Below, in pieces: positions 16,481 through 25,495 of a stretch of 32,933 bases of DNA. The notes under the pieces are model-generated. The model had not been told where the DNA came from and ran no database searches. It was given only the letters and a program-made list of their open reading frames with translations. The stretch spans positions 1 through 32,933 of IMG/VR virus record IMGVR_UViG_3300046710_000106; one strand, 5' to 3'. The first letter of the stretch is position 1, and every line of letters begins with the position of its first letter. Source of the stretch: a virus (taxonomy: Duplodnaviria > Caudoviricetes). A program made the translations under genes and the position numbers.

Positions 16481-18331
16481 ATGGCAACCCTCGTTTCCCC
16501 TGGTGTATCAGTTTCGGTCACCAACGAGAGCTTTTTCTTTCCGGTGGTGGCCCCAACCCTGCCTGTGTTCTTCATCGCAACTCGTGCTGGTAAGACCCAG
16601 CTCAATGGCGTGACCCCTGCCGCTGGCACCCTGGAATCAGGTGTCGTACGCACGGTCACGAGCATCACGCAGTCATACCAACTGTACGGTGTTCCAAACT
16701 TCCGCAAGGATGTGTCTGGCAACCAGTTCCATGGTGATGCCCGGAACGAATATGGTCTGCTCGCATTGAATCAGTTCCTCGGAACTGGTAATCGCGCGTA
16801 TGTGGTCCGTGCTGACATCGACCTCGACGATGAACAACCAGAAACTTTCATCAGCCTTGGTATTCCTGCGCTGATCAGTGGGTCAATGCAGTTCAGCGGT
16901 ATGGGTGATGGCACAATGGGTTCAGTCACGGCTGCATCTACCGCCGTTAAACCACAGGTGTTCACCGTCACGTTCACATCACCAACTGCATTCTCGGTTC
17001 GTGGTTCGATCTCGGGCTACACCGGTGCTGGAAATGTTGATGTGCCGTTCACCTCAACTCGCGTGAACTTCAAGATTGATTCTGGGCCAACAAGCTTTGA
17101 ATCCGGCGACATGTTCACCTTCAGCGTTGGGTACGTTGGTGCCCCAGGCATGGGTAATGTTGGTGATGGCGAACTTGTTGCGCTCGTTGCAGACGATCTC
17201 GCTGTTCCAGAAATCTGGACAATTACATTCACTTCACCTTCCGCATTCTCGGTCGCTGGCACGGTCTCTGGCGTTCAGGCAACCGGTGTTGTTGGTTCAC
17301 CATACGATAACAACCGCTTGAACTTCACCGCAATTGCTGGGGTTACCCCATTCCAAGCAGGTGATGAGTTCACGATCGTTGCAACTTCCGTCACGGTGGT
17401 TGATCCACTTGGCGCGAATGATGCAGCGCGTCGTGTAGCTATTGTTACTGCGCTTCAAGCGGCAATCAACTCAAACACCGATGTTCGCTCACCACTGTAT
17501 GAGTTTAATCTCGTTGCTTGCCCAGGCTACCATGAAGTTGTGGATGAACTTGCTGCGCTTTGTGTTGATGTTAAGGAAGAAGCAATCGTTATTGCTGACA
17601 CCCCAGTTGACAAGACACCAGAGCAAGTTGCCACATGGGGTCTTACCTCAGCCCGTGTCTCGAACAACTTGGTTGCGTACTACTACCCATGGACCCTGAT
17701 GTCAAACGCCGATGGTGTTGATGTTCTTGGTGCTCCATCCGGCGCCGCTCTCCGCACGATCGCGTACAGTGATCAGCAAGGGTATGTCTGGATGGCCCCA
17801 GCCGGTGCAAACCGTGGTGTGGTCACTGGCGTCTCACGCGTCGGTTATGTCACTGGCACACTCGGTGGAGCAACGACCTTTGTCGAAGCAAATCTGAATG
17901 ACGGTCAACGCGACAACCTGTATGAGTACGACAAGAACATCAATCCAATCGTGTTCTTCCCAGGACGCGGTATCTTGATCTGGGGTCAGAAGACCTCGGC
18001 TCCAGTCGCCTCTGCACTCGATCGTATCAACGTGGTCCGCCTCGTTGCCTACCTCCGCCGTGTGCTGCGTAAGGGTGCGGTTCCATTCGTGTTCGAACCA
18101 AACGATCAGATCACGCGTGATAACCTGAAGTCGGCTGCTGACAGCATCCTTAGCGATGTTCTTACAAAGCGTGGGCTGTATGACTTCGCAACGTTGTGCG
18201 ACCCGTCGAACAACACTCCAGACCGGATTGACCGTTCAGAGTTGTATTTGGATATCGCTATCAAGCCAGTCAAGGCAGCGGAATTCATCTACATTCCAAT
18301 CCGTGTTGTTAGCACAGGCGCTAACCTCTAA
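16481..18331 (+). CDS. gp18: Contractile tail sheath protein (gp18-like)
   Basis: LVSPGVSV N-terminus; YYYPW, WMAPAG.NRG, NINPI, WGQKT, DRINVVRL, FEPND, IKPVKAAEFIYI. Confidence 0.95.
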   Translation: MATLVSPGVSVSVTNESFFFPVVAPTLPVFFIATRAGKTQLNGVTPAAGTLESGVVRTVTSITQSYQLYGVPNFRKDVSGNQFHGDARNEYGLLALNQFLGTGNRAYVVRADIDLDDEQPETFISLGIPALISGSMQFSGMGDGTMGSVTAASTAVKPQVFTVTFTSPTAFSVRGSISGYTGAGNVDVPFTSTRVNFKIDSGPTSFESGDMFTFSVGYVGAPGMGNVGDGELVALVADDLAVPEIWTITFTSPSAFSVAGTVSGVQATGVVGSPYDNNRLNFTAIAGVTPFQAGDEFTIVATSVTVVDPLGANDAARRVAIVTALQAAINSNTDVRSPLYEFNLVACPGYHEVVDELAALCVDVKEEAIVIADTPVDKTPEQVATWGLTSARVSNNLVAYYYPWTLMSNADGVDVLGAPSGAALRTIAYSDQQGYVWMAPAGANRGVVTGVSRVGYVTGTLGGATTFVEANLNDGQRDNLYEYDKNINPIVFFPGRGILIWGQKTSAPVASALDRINVVRLVAYLRRVLRKGAVPFVFEPNDQITRDNLKSAADSILSDVLTKRGLYDFATLCDPSNNTPDRIDRSELYLDIAIKPVKAAEFIYIPIRVVSTGANL

Positions 18332-18363
18332 GCACAACGCCAGCACCTGATACGTGCTGGTGC

Positions 18364-18387
18364 AAAGGCCCCAATTGGGGCCTTTTT
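18364..18387 (+). terminator. Rho-independent terminator after the sheath gene
   Basis: AAAGGCCCC-AATT-GGGGCCTTTTT. Confidence 0.85.
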
Positions 18388-18400
18388 ATCTTCTGAAAAT

Positions 18401-18592
18401 ATGGCCGATTCAATTTCCCGTAGTATCATTAAGACAATCACATGGAGACTTACAGGCTCCAGTGCTACCTTTCTAATCTCCTTCTTGTTAACCGGTGATT
18501 TTACCATGGCTGGGTCAATCGCGGTGATACAGATGGGCTGTAGCGCGATCTTGTACTACGTTCATGAGCGACTTTGGAACATGCGTAAGTGA
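18401..18592 (+). CDS. DUF2061-like small membrane protein
   Basis: RSIIKTITWR...LYYVHERLW signature. Confidence 0.75.
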   Translation: MADSISRSIIKTITWRLTGSSATFLISFLLTGDFTMAGSIAVIQMGCSAILYYVHERLWNMRK

Positions 18593-18677
18593 CCAAGAGC
18601 GTGTCATGTCTCACAATTCCGGTCTCATTTAGCCACCGGCCCTAAATAATACATCAATTCAAACAAAGGAGAAAGCT

Positions 18678-19271
18678 ATGGCCACTTTGGCGAACCTAGG
18701 AATCCCAGGCGCAGGCTCTGGTATCCTTCACCCAAAACTGAAGAACAAATGGCGTATTACGTTTCTGGACATGGCACGCCTCGTTCCAGGTACCAACAGC
18801 CGGAACTTGACAATGCAGGCGGTCACCGTGACTCGCCCCCAATTAGAATTCACGGAAGTTGAGCTGCACCGCTACAACTCAGTTGCATACATCGCTGGCA
18901 AGCACACATGGTCAGCCATGAGCCTGACGGTTGAAGATGACCTGACTGGCCTCGCTTCAAAGGTTGTCAAGGGTCAACTTGAAACGCAGCAACGTCTTGT
19001 TGGCGTTGATCTCGATGGTCGTTGGTTGAACACCGCTGCCACTGGTTCAGACTATAAGTTTGGTGTGAAGCTTGAGCAGTTGGATGGTGATGAAGGTGTT
19101 GTCGAGACTTGGATCCTTGAAGGTGTGATGCTGCAAGCAGCTGACTTTGGCGATCTGGATTACTCAGCATCTGAAGCCGCAACCATTGCGCTGACACTTC
19201 GCTTTGACCATGCCCGCTCTACCGATTCTGGTGAGGGTTATGGAACGGCGTTAGGTGGAAACGTGGCATGA
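18678..19271 (+). CDS. gp19: Tail tube protein (gp19-like)
   Basis: PKLKNKWRITF, VTRP, YIAGKHTW, ETWILEG, LDYSASE...LRFDHA; follows the sheath; AAGGAG SD. Confidence 0.9.
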   Translation: MATLANLGIPGAGSGILHPKLKNKWRITFLDMARLVPGTNSRNLTMQAVTVTRPQLEFTEVELHRYNSVAYIAGKHTWSAMSLTVEDDLTGLASKVVKGQLETQQRLVGVDLDGRWLNTAATGSDYKFGVKLEQLDGDEGVVETWILEGVMLQAADFGDLDYSASEAATIALTLRFDHARSTDSGEGYGTALGGNVA

Positions 19272-19326
19272 TGATCCCGAATTGCCAATAGCGCTAAATA
19301 GGCTCGTAACAACGGGCCTTTTTAGT

Positions 19327-20097
19327 ATGTACATTCGAGCATCAAGACGTAAACATCACATCATCTACAAGACGACCTGTCTAGTGACAGGTCGGTACTA
19401 CATTGGGATGCACTCAACTGATGATTTGAATGATTCCTATCTTGGGAGTGGTCTTCGCCTCCTGCGATCAGTCAAAAAGCACGGGGCAGATCAGCATAAT
19501 CGAGAGATCCTAGAGGACCTCCCAACACGTGAAGCCGCATCGGCTCGTGAGAAAGAGCTAATCACTGAGGAAATGCGGAAAGATCCAGAGTGCCTGAACT
19601 GTGGGGCCGGCGGACTTGGGGCAGTTGATCTACCACCAGTCAAAGAAGACGCCCGTGCTAAAATTTCGGCTGCTAACACCAGACGTTTTGCAAGAGAACG
19701 TGCAATCCGTCATGAAGCCCTCCAGTCCACTCTCTACACAATGACTCATGAAGAGATCCTCAAGGAGCTCGTGCTCCCGAACGGCTCTTTGAACAAGAAT
19801 GCAACACGCAATCTGAAACCACGGGCTATCCCAGCCTCAACGCGTGAAGCACACGTCGCAAAGAAGTGGAATTTCATTCATGAAGCGATTCGGCACCCAA
19901 ACTTTCCGGAAGCGTCTGATCTAGAGCTTATCAATCGATACGTGCACCAGATAGAGGCCCGCCCAGTCTGCAAGATCTGTTCCGCACCAGTGACCTTCTT
20001 TCGCTTCAACCAACCATATGCGATATATTGTGGTGCACGTTGCCAGCTCAGTGACCCATCACAGAAGAACCCGGTCATAGGTAGATGGGCTAAATAG
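19327..20097 (+). CDS. GIY-YIG (Seg-like) homing endonuclease with C-terminal Zn finger
   Basis: IIYKTTCLVTGRYYIGMHST...YLGSG; CKIC...YCGARC; start moved to ATG 19327. Confidence 0.9.
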   Translation: MYIRASRRKHHIIYKTTCLVTGRYYIGMHSTDDLNDSYLGSGLRLLRSVKKHGADQHNREILEDLPTREAASAREKELITEEMRKDPECLNCGAGGLGAVDLPPVKEDARAKISAANTRRFARERAIRHEALQSTLYTMTHEEILKELVLPNGSLNKNATRNLKPRAIPASTREAHVAKKWNFIHEAIRHPNFPEASDLELINRYVHQIEARPVCKICSAPVTFFRFNQPYAIYCGARCQLSDPSQKNPVIGRWAK

Positions 20098-20121
20098 GAA
20101 ACATGTTATAATGGAAAAATT

Positions 20122-21231
20122 ATGCTGCTAAATGAACTGCTGACTGAAGCCTCAACCCCGCAACGAGCATGGGATGGTAAGCTCAAGAAGATTGATGCCT
20201 TGCTGGCATGGATGTACGATAAGGACATCCTGACCAAGACGGAAAAAGCAAAGAAGGATACGGTCTTTCGTGCATACTACCGGTACTACAATGATGGCGA
20301 CATCCCTAAGGGCATCAGCGGCGTGAACAGGTACACCCCTAAAGAAGAGGTTGCAAAGGCGCTGGAAACCTATCTGGAGACCTTCATCAAATCAATCCTG
20401 AGTAAGTACCTGCCTAGGGTTGATCGCACTAAATTTCGTGTTGACAAGCTCGTTGCTGACTTGGGAACGGTGATTGGTGTTTCAGCAGAGCATGATGCTC
20501 ATGGGCTGTTGACCTATTGGCTGAAGACCGTCAAGATCAATGACCCAGAGTCTACGCTCAAGCAGTTGGTTGATACCCTGAAGGAGCAGTACACTGCAGT
20601 TAAGAGCGCAGCCGATGCCGCTGATCCAAAATCAGAGAACACCGTCATGAGCTATCGTGTCGATAAGATGAAGGATGCTGGTAAGTGGAACAAATCCCTT
20701 GAGAAAGCCTGGAACGCGGCAAAGAGCACGATGGATAAGATCACCGAGTTCTTAAAGAACCTTCAGACCTCGGTCAAGGGTCTCAAAAAGCAGAACGTGC
20801 TCCCAGAACCTGTTTCAGAGGCGCTTCTTGAAGACAAGACTGATGACAATCTTAAGGTCATCAAGCAGGTTACAAGCTTCGATGGTGATATTCCTCTTCG
20901 CAATGATGGCACCGCAGCCGGCAAAGCAACACACAACCAGTGTGATGTGCTCACGCGCGGTGATGGTGAGATCTTGTATTACGTCGGGCTTGACGAAGAG
21001 TTCGGTGGTTTTGAGGGCTATGTACTGGTCACCAAGCGCGGGAAGCACTCGTACTATGATCTGGGAACCAGAGCGATCGTGATCAATGATGTACGGAACC
21101 GCTATAACGGCACTGAAGCATTTGCGGATGACTTTGAGAACTGGGTAACTGAGTACAAGATTGAGTCAGGTCATCCAGCACCAGGCGCAATCGCTGCGTA
21201 TGAGAAGCTCTTGGCGGCTGCTGATGATTAA
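20122..21231 (+). CDS. Putative internal head (injected) protein, two segments
   Basis: TAAATA at 20091; begins MLLNELLTEA; internal VSEALLE segment. Confidence 0.6.
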   Translation: MLLNELLTEASTPQRAWDGKLKKIDALLAWMYDKDILTKTEKAKKDTVFRAYYRYYNDGDIPKGISGVNRYTPKEEVAKALETYLETFIKSILSKYLPRVDRTKFRVDKLVADLGTVIGVSAEHDAHGLLTYWLKTVKINDPESTLKQLVDTLKEQYTAVKSAADAADPKSENTVMSYRVDKMKDAGKWNKSLEKAWNAAKSTMDKITEFLKNLQTSVKGLKKQNVLPEPVSEALLEDKTDDNLKVIKQVTSFDGDIPLRNDGTAAGKATHNQCDVLTRGDGEILYYVGLDEEFGGFEGYVLVTKRGKHSYYDLGTRAIVINDVRNRYNGTEAFADDFENWVTEYKIESGHPAPGAIAAYEKLLAAADD

Positions 21232-21253
21232 CAGCCCCGGCTGCTTACATCAC

Positions 21254-21275
21254 TGAAGGACCTACGGGTCCTTCA
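21254..21275 (+). terminator. Stem-loop (possible terminator or RNA stabiliser)
   Basis: TGAAGGACC-TACG-GGTCCTTCA; UNCG loop, no U-tract. Confidence 0.5.
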
Positions 21276-21314
21276 ATCGTATCTAAATATAGCACATTCA
21301 TAAGCGAGTACCGC

Positions 21315-22991
21315 ATGTTGTCATTTTCCTCTTTTATCAACGAAGCAAAGTTCTCTGAGGATAACTTTGATCGTCTCCTGAACGTGATCGAGAAGCGCGT
21401 TCCAAAGCTTCTCGGCACCAGGATCTATCGCTGCGGTGGGCTTGATGGCATTGAGCGGTTTGGTGGCGGCACAATTGGTCACCTGTACTTCTTCGACAAC
21501 CGCGCCTTCCGGTTACGGTCACGCGCAGGTCAGGTGCTTGGCATCGACGTGTGGAAAGAGTATCACCCGAATAAAGGCCCTGACTTCGTGATTCAGCTCG
21601 CTGATCTCGACGTGTCAACGATCATCGCGGCGATGCGTAAGATCGCTGACATTATCAGGGCCCCAAAGGCTACTGAGATCAGCATCAAGGAGGATCTCGA
21701 GCAGATCGACGAGATGGCAAAGCGTGTGCCTGATGATTCGTTCTATTCAATGATGGTCGACGAATACGGCGCTCAAGGCGCTGAAGATGTCACGTGGGCG
21801 CAGATCAAAACGGTCGCCGATAAAAATGAGGTGCTGATTCCAGCGTACATTAGATCACAGAAGACTGGTCGTGGAAAGTGGAACTCCAAGCCAGGCGCCG
21901 GTGGTGATCCGGAAGTTGTCAAGAGCGCTGCACCCCCGGCTGAAGGGGAAGCAAAAGCTGAAGCGCCAAAGAAGAAGGAGCCGATCCTGTACATCAAGGT
22001 CACCGCTCAAGATCCAGACACCAAGCGTTTCATTCCATCGGGTGATTCAGTTGCCGCTCAGAAGCTCTATCAACAGCTTCAATCATCATTAGACGGTCCA
22101 GCTACACAAGCTGAGATGCAAGATCCAGACACGCTGTATGGGCATATGTCGCAGCTCGTGCAGATGGCTTGCAAGGGCACCCTCCGGTCCCTGTTGATCT
22201 ATGGTGGCCCAGGCACCGGCAAGACATTTACGATTATGAAGACCGTGAATGACATGGGCTTCGTAAAGGGCAAAGATTACGTGAAGCTTTCAGGTAAGGC
22301 ATCACCAATTGAGATCTATAAGACACTGTTCATGTTCCGCGAAGGTGGGCTGGTGATCTTTGATGACTTGGACAGCATGTGGCGCAATGAAGACGCTACG
22401 AACATCTTGAAGGCGGCACTTGACACCTCACCAGTGCGTGAAATTTCATGGGTGTCTTCACAAACAATCAACGTGTCGAGGATGTCAGATGAGGCTCGGG
22501 ACAAGTTGTTCAAGCAGATCGACAGACAGATCAGCGGTGAACCACTTGACGATGAGATGCCACCTGAAGATGAGGATGAAGATCAGGACGAAGATTCAAA
22601 GGGTAAGAAAAAGAAGCGTGGCACCGCAACCTCAGCAGGCACCTTCAATCCAGATAAGTTGAAGTACCCGTCAACATTCGACTTTACTGGTCGGGTGATC
22701 TTCATCTCAAACCTGAAGAAGGATGAGTTCGATTCCGCAATTCTTTCACGCTCAGCAAAGATCAATATGGATCTAACACCTGAACAGATCCTTGAGCGTA
22801 TGCGCAAGATCCTGCCAACGCTTGGTGGTGATGATGTTCCACTTCCGCAGAAAGAAGAACTGCTGGATCACTTGTTGGTGATGCACAAGAAGAAAGAGAT
22901 CACGGCGGTCACAATGCGTGAGTTCACCAAGGGGCTTGACATTGTTCGATCTGGGGTGCCAAACTGGCGTGACCTCGTCCGCTACGCTTAG
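21315..22991 (+). CDS. AAA+/P-loop ATPase with capsid-targeting-like N-terminus
   Basis: Walker A GGPGTGKT, Walker B VIFDDLD, NILKAALD, sensor IFISN, arginine finger AILSR; begins MLSFSSFINEA. Confidence 0.85.
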   Translation: MLSFSSFINEAKFSEDNFDRLLNVIEKRVPKLLGTRIYRCGGLDGIERFGGGTIGHLYFFDNRAFRLRSRAGQVLGIDVWKEYHPNKGPDFVIQLADLDVSTIIAAMRKIADIIRAPKATEISIKEDLEQIDEMAKRVPDDSFYSMMVDEYGAQGAEDVTWAQIKTVADKNEVLIPAYIRSQKTGRGKWNSKPGAGGDPEVVKSAAPPAEGEAKAEAPKKKEPILYIKVTAQDPDTKRFIPSGDSVAAQKLYQQLQSSLDGPATQAEMQDPDTLYGHMSQLVQMACKGTLRSLLIYGGPGTGKTFTIMKTVNDMGFVKGKDYVKLSGKASPIEIYKTLFMFREGGLVIFDDLDSMWRNEDATNILKAALDTSPVREISWVSSQTINVSRMSDEARDKLFKQIDRQISGEPLDDEMPPEDEDEDQDEDSKGKKKKRGTATSAGTFNPDKLKYPSTFDFTGRVIFISNLKKDEFDSAILSRSAKINMDLTPEQILERMRKILPTLGGDDVPLPQKEELLDHLLVMHKKKEITAVTMREFTKGLDIVRSGVPNWRDLVRYA

Positions 22992-23085
22992 TCGGGTTGA
23001 TCAATAACTGCCGGTAGCAGTCTCCGTCAGAGCACGTGGAGTGTACACTGTGACGTCTAAATAGGGAACCAACATAGGTTCCCTT

Positions 23086-24342
23086 ATGCCAGACATCTCA
23101 TCATTACTTAAGTCCTCGGGTATCAACGCCGAGCGTACCGCCACTCAGCTCTTTGGAACTGCGGTGGAGCAGTTCGCGACCGGGCCTATCAATGACGCGC
23201 TGAAAGGCGCATTTGGTAAGCCTGAAACGGCGGTGAACCGTACTGGTCAAGATGGTACCTGGTACGCAACCTCGTACGCGCACAGCCTAGCGAACTCACA
23301 GTTCCGGCCGAAGCTGAAGTTTCTGTTCCGCGTCGAGTTCCTATTCAAGGACGAGGTTCTTTCAATGTTCGGCGCTCAAGGCGCTGCGTGGTTGCGGAAC
23401 TTCACGTTCATGATTAAGTCAGTTGACCGACCAAAGGTTGACTTCGAGTATGAAGAGGTGAATCAGTACAACTTCCGTACGAAGGTTCTACGACAGATCA
23501 AACACCGGGCACTTACCATGACGTTCATGGATGACGTTGGAAACAACGTGCACGAGTTCTTTCGGTTCATGATGTTCGTGCATTCGCCAATCACACGACG
23601 CTCGATCGGTAATCAGGATAAAGGGTTCGACATTGCGGCACAATGGGCACAGTATTCAACGGGTTCCGGTATGGCGTTCTCACGTGACGCATCTGGTACG
23701 AATGACTTCTCACACCGTGCGGTGCTTGATACCGACATTGGTAATGCAATCAAGGCGATCAAGGTCACCCAGATGTTCATGCAACCTGGCACTTCTCGTG
23801 AAGATCTGAGCACGAACGCTAAGGAGGTCTCCTTCTTATTTGTGAACCCACGAGTCGAATCCTTTGACTTGGATGATGTTTCACATGAGACGAATGACGT
23901 GAACGTGTTCTCAATGCAGTTCGATTATGATTTCATGGTGATGTCTGATATGCGTGTTCTGCAGCCACTTGATGCCTCAAAGAGCATGCCACCCGTTGGC
24001 ACCGCGCCAGGTGAAGCGGCTCCACAGGGTTCTGGTGGATCTAAGAATCCACAGGGTGGAAACAACCCGTACATGAATATTCTGTCTAGTGTCGCTGGCC
24101 GTGCGGCACAGAAGATCACGAATGAATATCTTGGCCGCCAGATTCGCAAGGTGCCCGGGCTTGGTGGGGTAGCTGATACAATCACGGGGCTTGTTGGCTC
24201 CGGAGTTAGCAATACGGTTGGCGGGCTCGGTAATACAATTGGCAGCGCGATCAATCAAAGCTTTGCCCGTCCAACACGTGATGTGGTTGTTGATGCGTCA
24301 ACGGCTGGCCGTGATGTGGCAACATATACGAGAGATAATTGA
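23086..24342 (+). CDS. Tail-tube-fold baseplate protein (gp48/gp54-like tube initiator)
   Basis: PKLKFLFRVEF, VDRPKVDF, NQYN, TFMDD, FDYD parallel the tube protein; Gly-rich C-terminus. Confidence 0.65.
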   Translation: MPDISSLLKSSGINAERTATQLFGTAVEQFATGPINDALKGAFGKPETAVNRTGQDGTWYATSYAHSLANSQFRPKLKFLFRVEFLFKDEVLSMFGAQGAAWLRNFTFMIKSVDRPKVDFEYEEVNQYNFRTKVLRQIKHRALTMTFMDDVGNNVHEFFRFMMFVHSPITRRSIGNQDKGFDIAAQWAQYSTGSGMAFSRDASGTNDFSHRAVLDTDIGNAIKAIKVTQMFMQPGTSREDLSTNAKEVSFLFVNPRVESFDLDDVSHETNDVNVFSMQFDYDFMVMSDMRVLQPLDASKSMPPVGTAPGEAAPQGSGGSKNPQGGNNPYMNILSSVAGRAAQKITNEYLGRQIRKVPGLGGVADTITGLVGSGVSNTVGGLGNTIGSAINQSFARPTRDVVVDASTAGRDVATYTRDN

Positions 24343-24800
24343 TGGCAACAAAAGCACGTACAACCTTCAAGGGTCGGTTCATTCCAAAGAATACGGCGAA
24401 GTACCTTGGTGATCCGAATAAGATCATCTTCCGTTCCTCATGGGAACTCAAGCTGTTCCAGTGGCTTGACCGAACACCCGCCGTGCTCCAGTGGGCCTCC
24501 GAAGAGTTCTCGATACCATACCTATCACCCTTTGATAATCGGGTGCACCAGTACTATCCTGATGCACTGGTGATCTATAAGGACAAGTTCGGCAATCTGA
24601 AGAAAGAGATCATTGAGATCAAGCCGTACAAGGAAACAATCCTAACACCGAAGGCCTCAGAGCGTGATAAGCTTGCGTTGGTCTTGAATCAAGCAAAGTG
24701 GAAGGCCGCCGCGCACTTCGCTGAGACCCAGGGGATGTCATTCCGTGTTGTCACGGAGAAGACAATGTTCGCGAACGGCAATACAAAGAAGAAAACATAA
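24342..24800 (+). CDS. gp4: Head completion nuclease (T4 gp4-like, TnsA-like)
   Basis: KYLGDPNKIIFRSSWE, QWASEE..IPY, YYPD, IEIKP, NQAKWKAA, FRVVTE. Confidence 0.9.
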   Translation: MATKARTTFKGRFIPKNTAKYLGDPNKIIFRSSWELKLFQWLDRTPAVLQWASEEFSIPYLSPFDNRVHQYYPDALVIYKDKFGNLKKEIIEIKPYKETILTPKASERDKLALVLNQAKWKAAAHFAETQGMSFRVVTEKTMFANGNTKKKT

Positions 24801-25252
24801 TGGCTATCCTACCACGAAACAATCCACTTGACACCCTGTTCGATATTGAACAGGAAGAAGAGCAATCTGACATCATCGAGTACGATCAGGTAACTGAAGG
24901 TGAGCTTCAAGCGCTTGCCGCGCCAGGTGCCACTGAGAAGGACGAAGAGGATAAAGAGATCGACGTCAAGATCGACAACGTGTACACCGCGGCAATGGAG
25001 ACCTTCCAGAACCAAATGGCATATACCGAGATCATCGAACCACGGTACGCGGCTCGGAACGCTGAGGTCGCGGCTTCATACCTGAACATCGCATTGAACG
25101 CCGCAACTCAACGTGCCCGAGTGAAGGGTGATCGTAAGCGGATTGGAACCTTCATTCCTCAAGGTGGGCGAGTAACAAACAACACGATCGTCGCAACTCG
25201 GGATGAGATCATGCGGATGATCACCGTAGATGCGGACACCAAGGAAGTCTGA
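24800..25252 (+). CDS. Conserved helical protein, possible terminase small subunit (gp16-like)
   Basis: EPRYAARNAEVA...NNTIVATRDEIMRM loosely resembles gp16 (PR..EV...NN..V.S..EL). Confidence 0.4.
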   Translation: MAILPRNNPLDTLFDIEQEEEQSDIIEYDQVTEGELQALAAPGATEKDEEDKEIDVKIDNVYTAAMETFQNQMAYTEIIEPRYAARNAEVAASYLNIALNAATQRARVKGDRKRIGTFIPQGGRVTNNTIVATRDEIMRMITVDADTKEV

Positions 25253-25285
25253 TCGCCTAAATACAGGACACTGCAAGGAAGAATA

Positions 25286-25495
25286 ATGATTCTAAAAGAC
25301 CTCTACGAAATGAAGAACTACCTGGGCGATACTGAGTACAGCTCATACAAGTCCTGGAAAGCTGCTATCAAGAAAGCCGCTGCTGGTAAACCAGTGACCT
25401 TCACTGGTGACATTGATATTGATGAAGCTCATGTTGATGGAAAAGCCATCGGCGAGTGGGGTGGCGATGTTGGTTCCGTTTACAAGGCTGAATAA
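25286..25495 (+). CDS. Small putative internal head protein
   Basis: TAAATA at 25258; begins MILKDLYE. Confidence 0.6.
   Translation: MILKDLYEMKNYLGDTEYSSYKSWKAAIKKAAAGKPVTFTGDIDIDEAHVDGKAIGEWGGDVGSVYKAE

Noticed and set aside
19293-20098. GCTAAATAGG direct repeat flanking the second GIY-YIG gene as a target-site duplication
   Set aside because: The same 10-mer occurs at 5999-6008, so it is better explained as the late promoter consensus.
24342-24800. Tn7 TnsA transposase
   Set aside because: The TnsA-like fold is explained by the T4 gp4 head-completion nuclease; no tnsB/tnsC or transposon ends.
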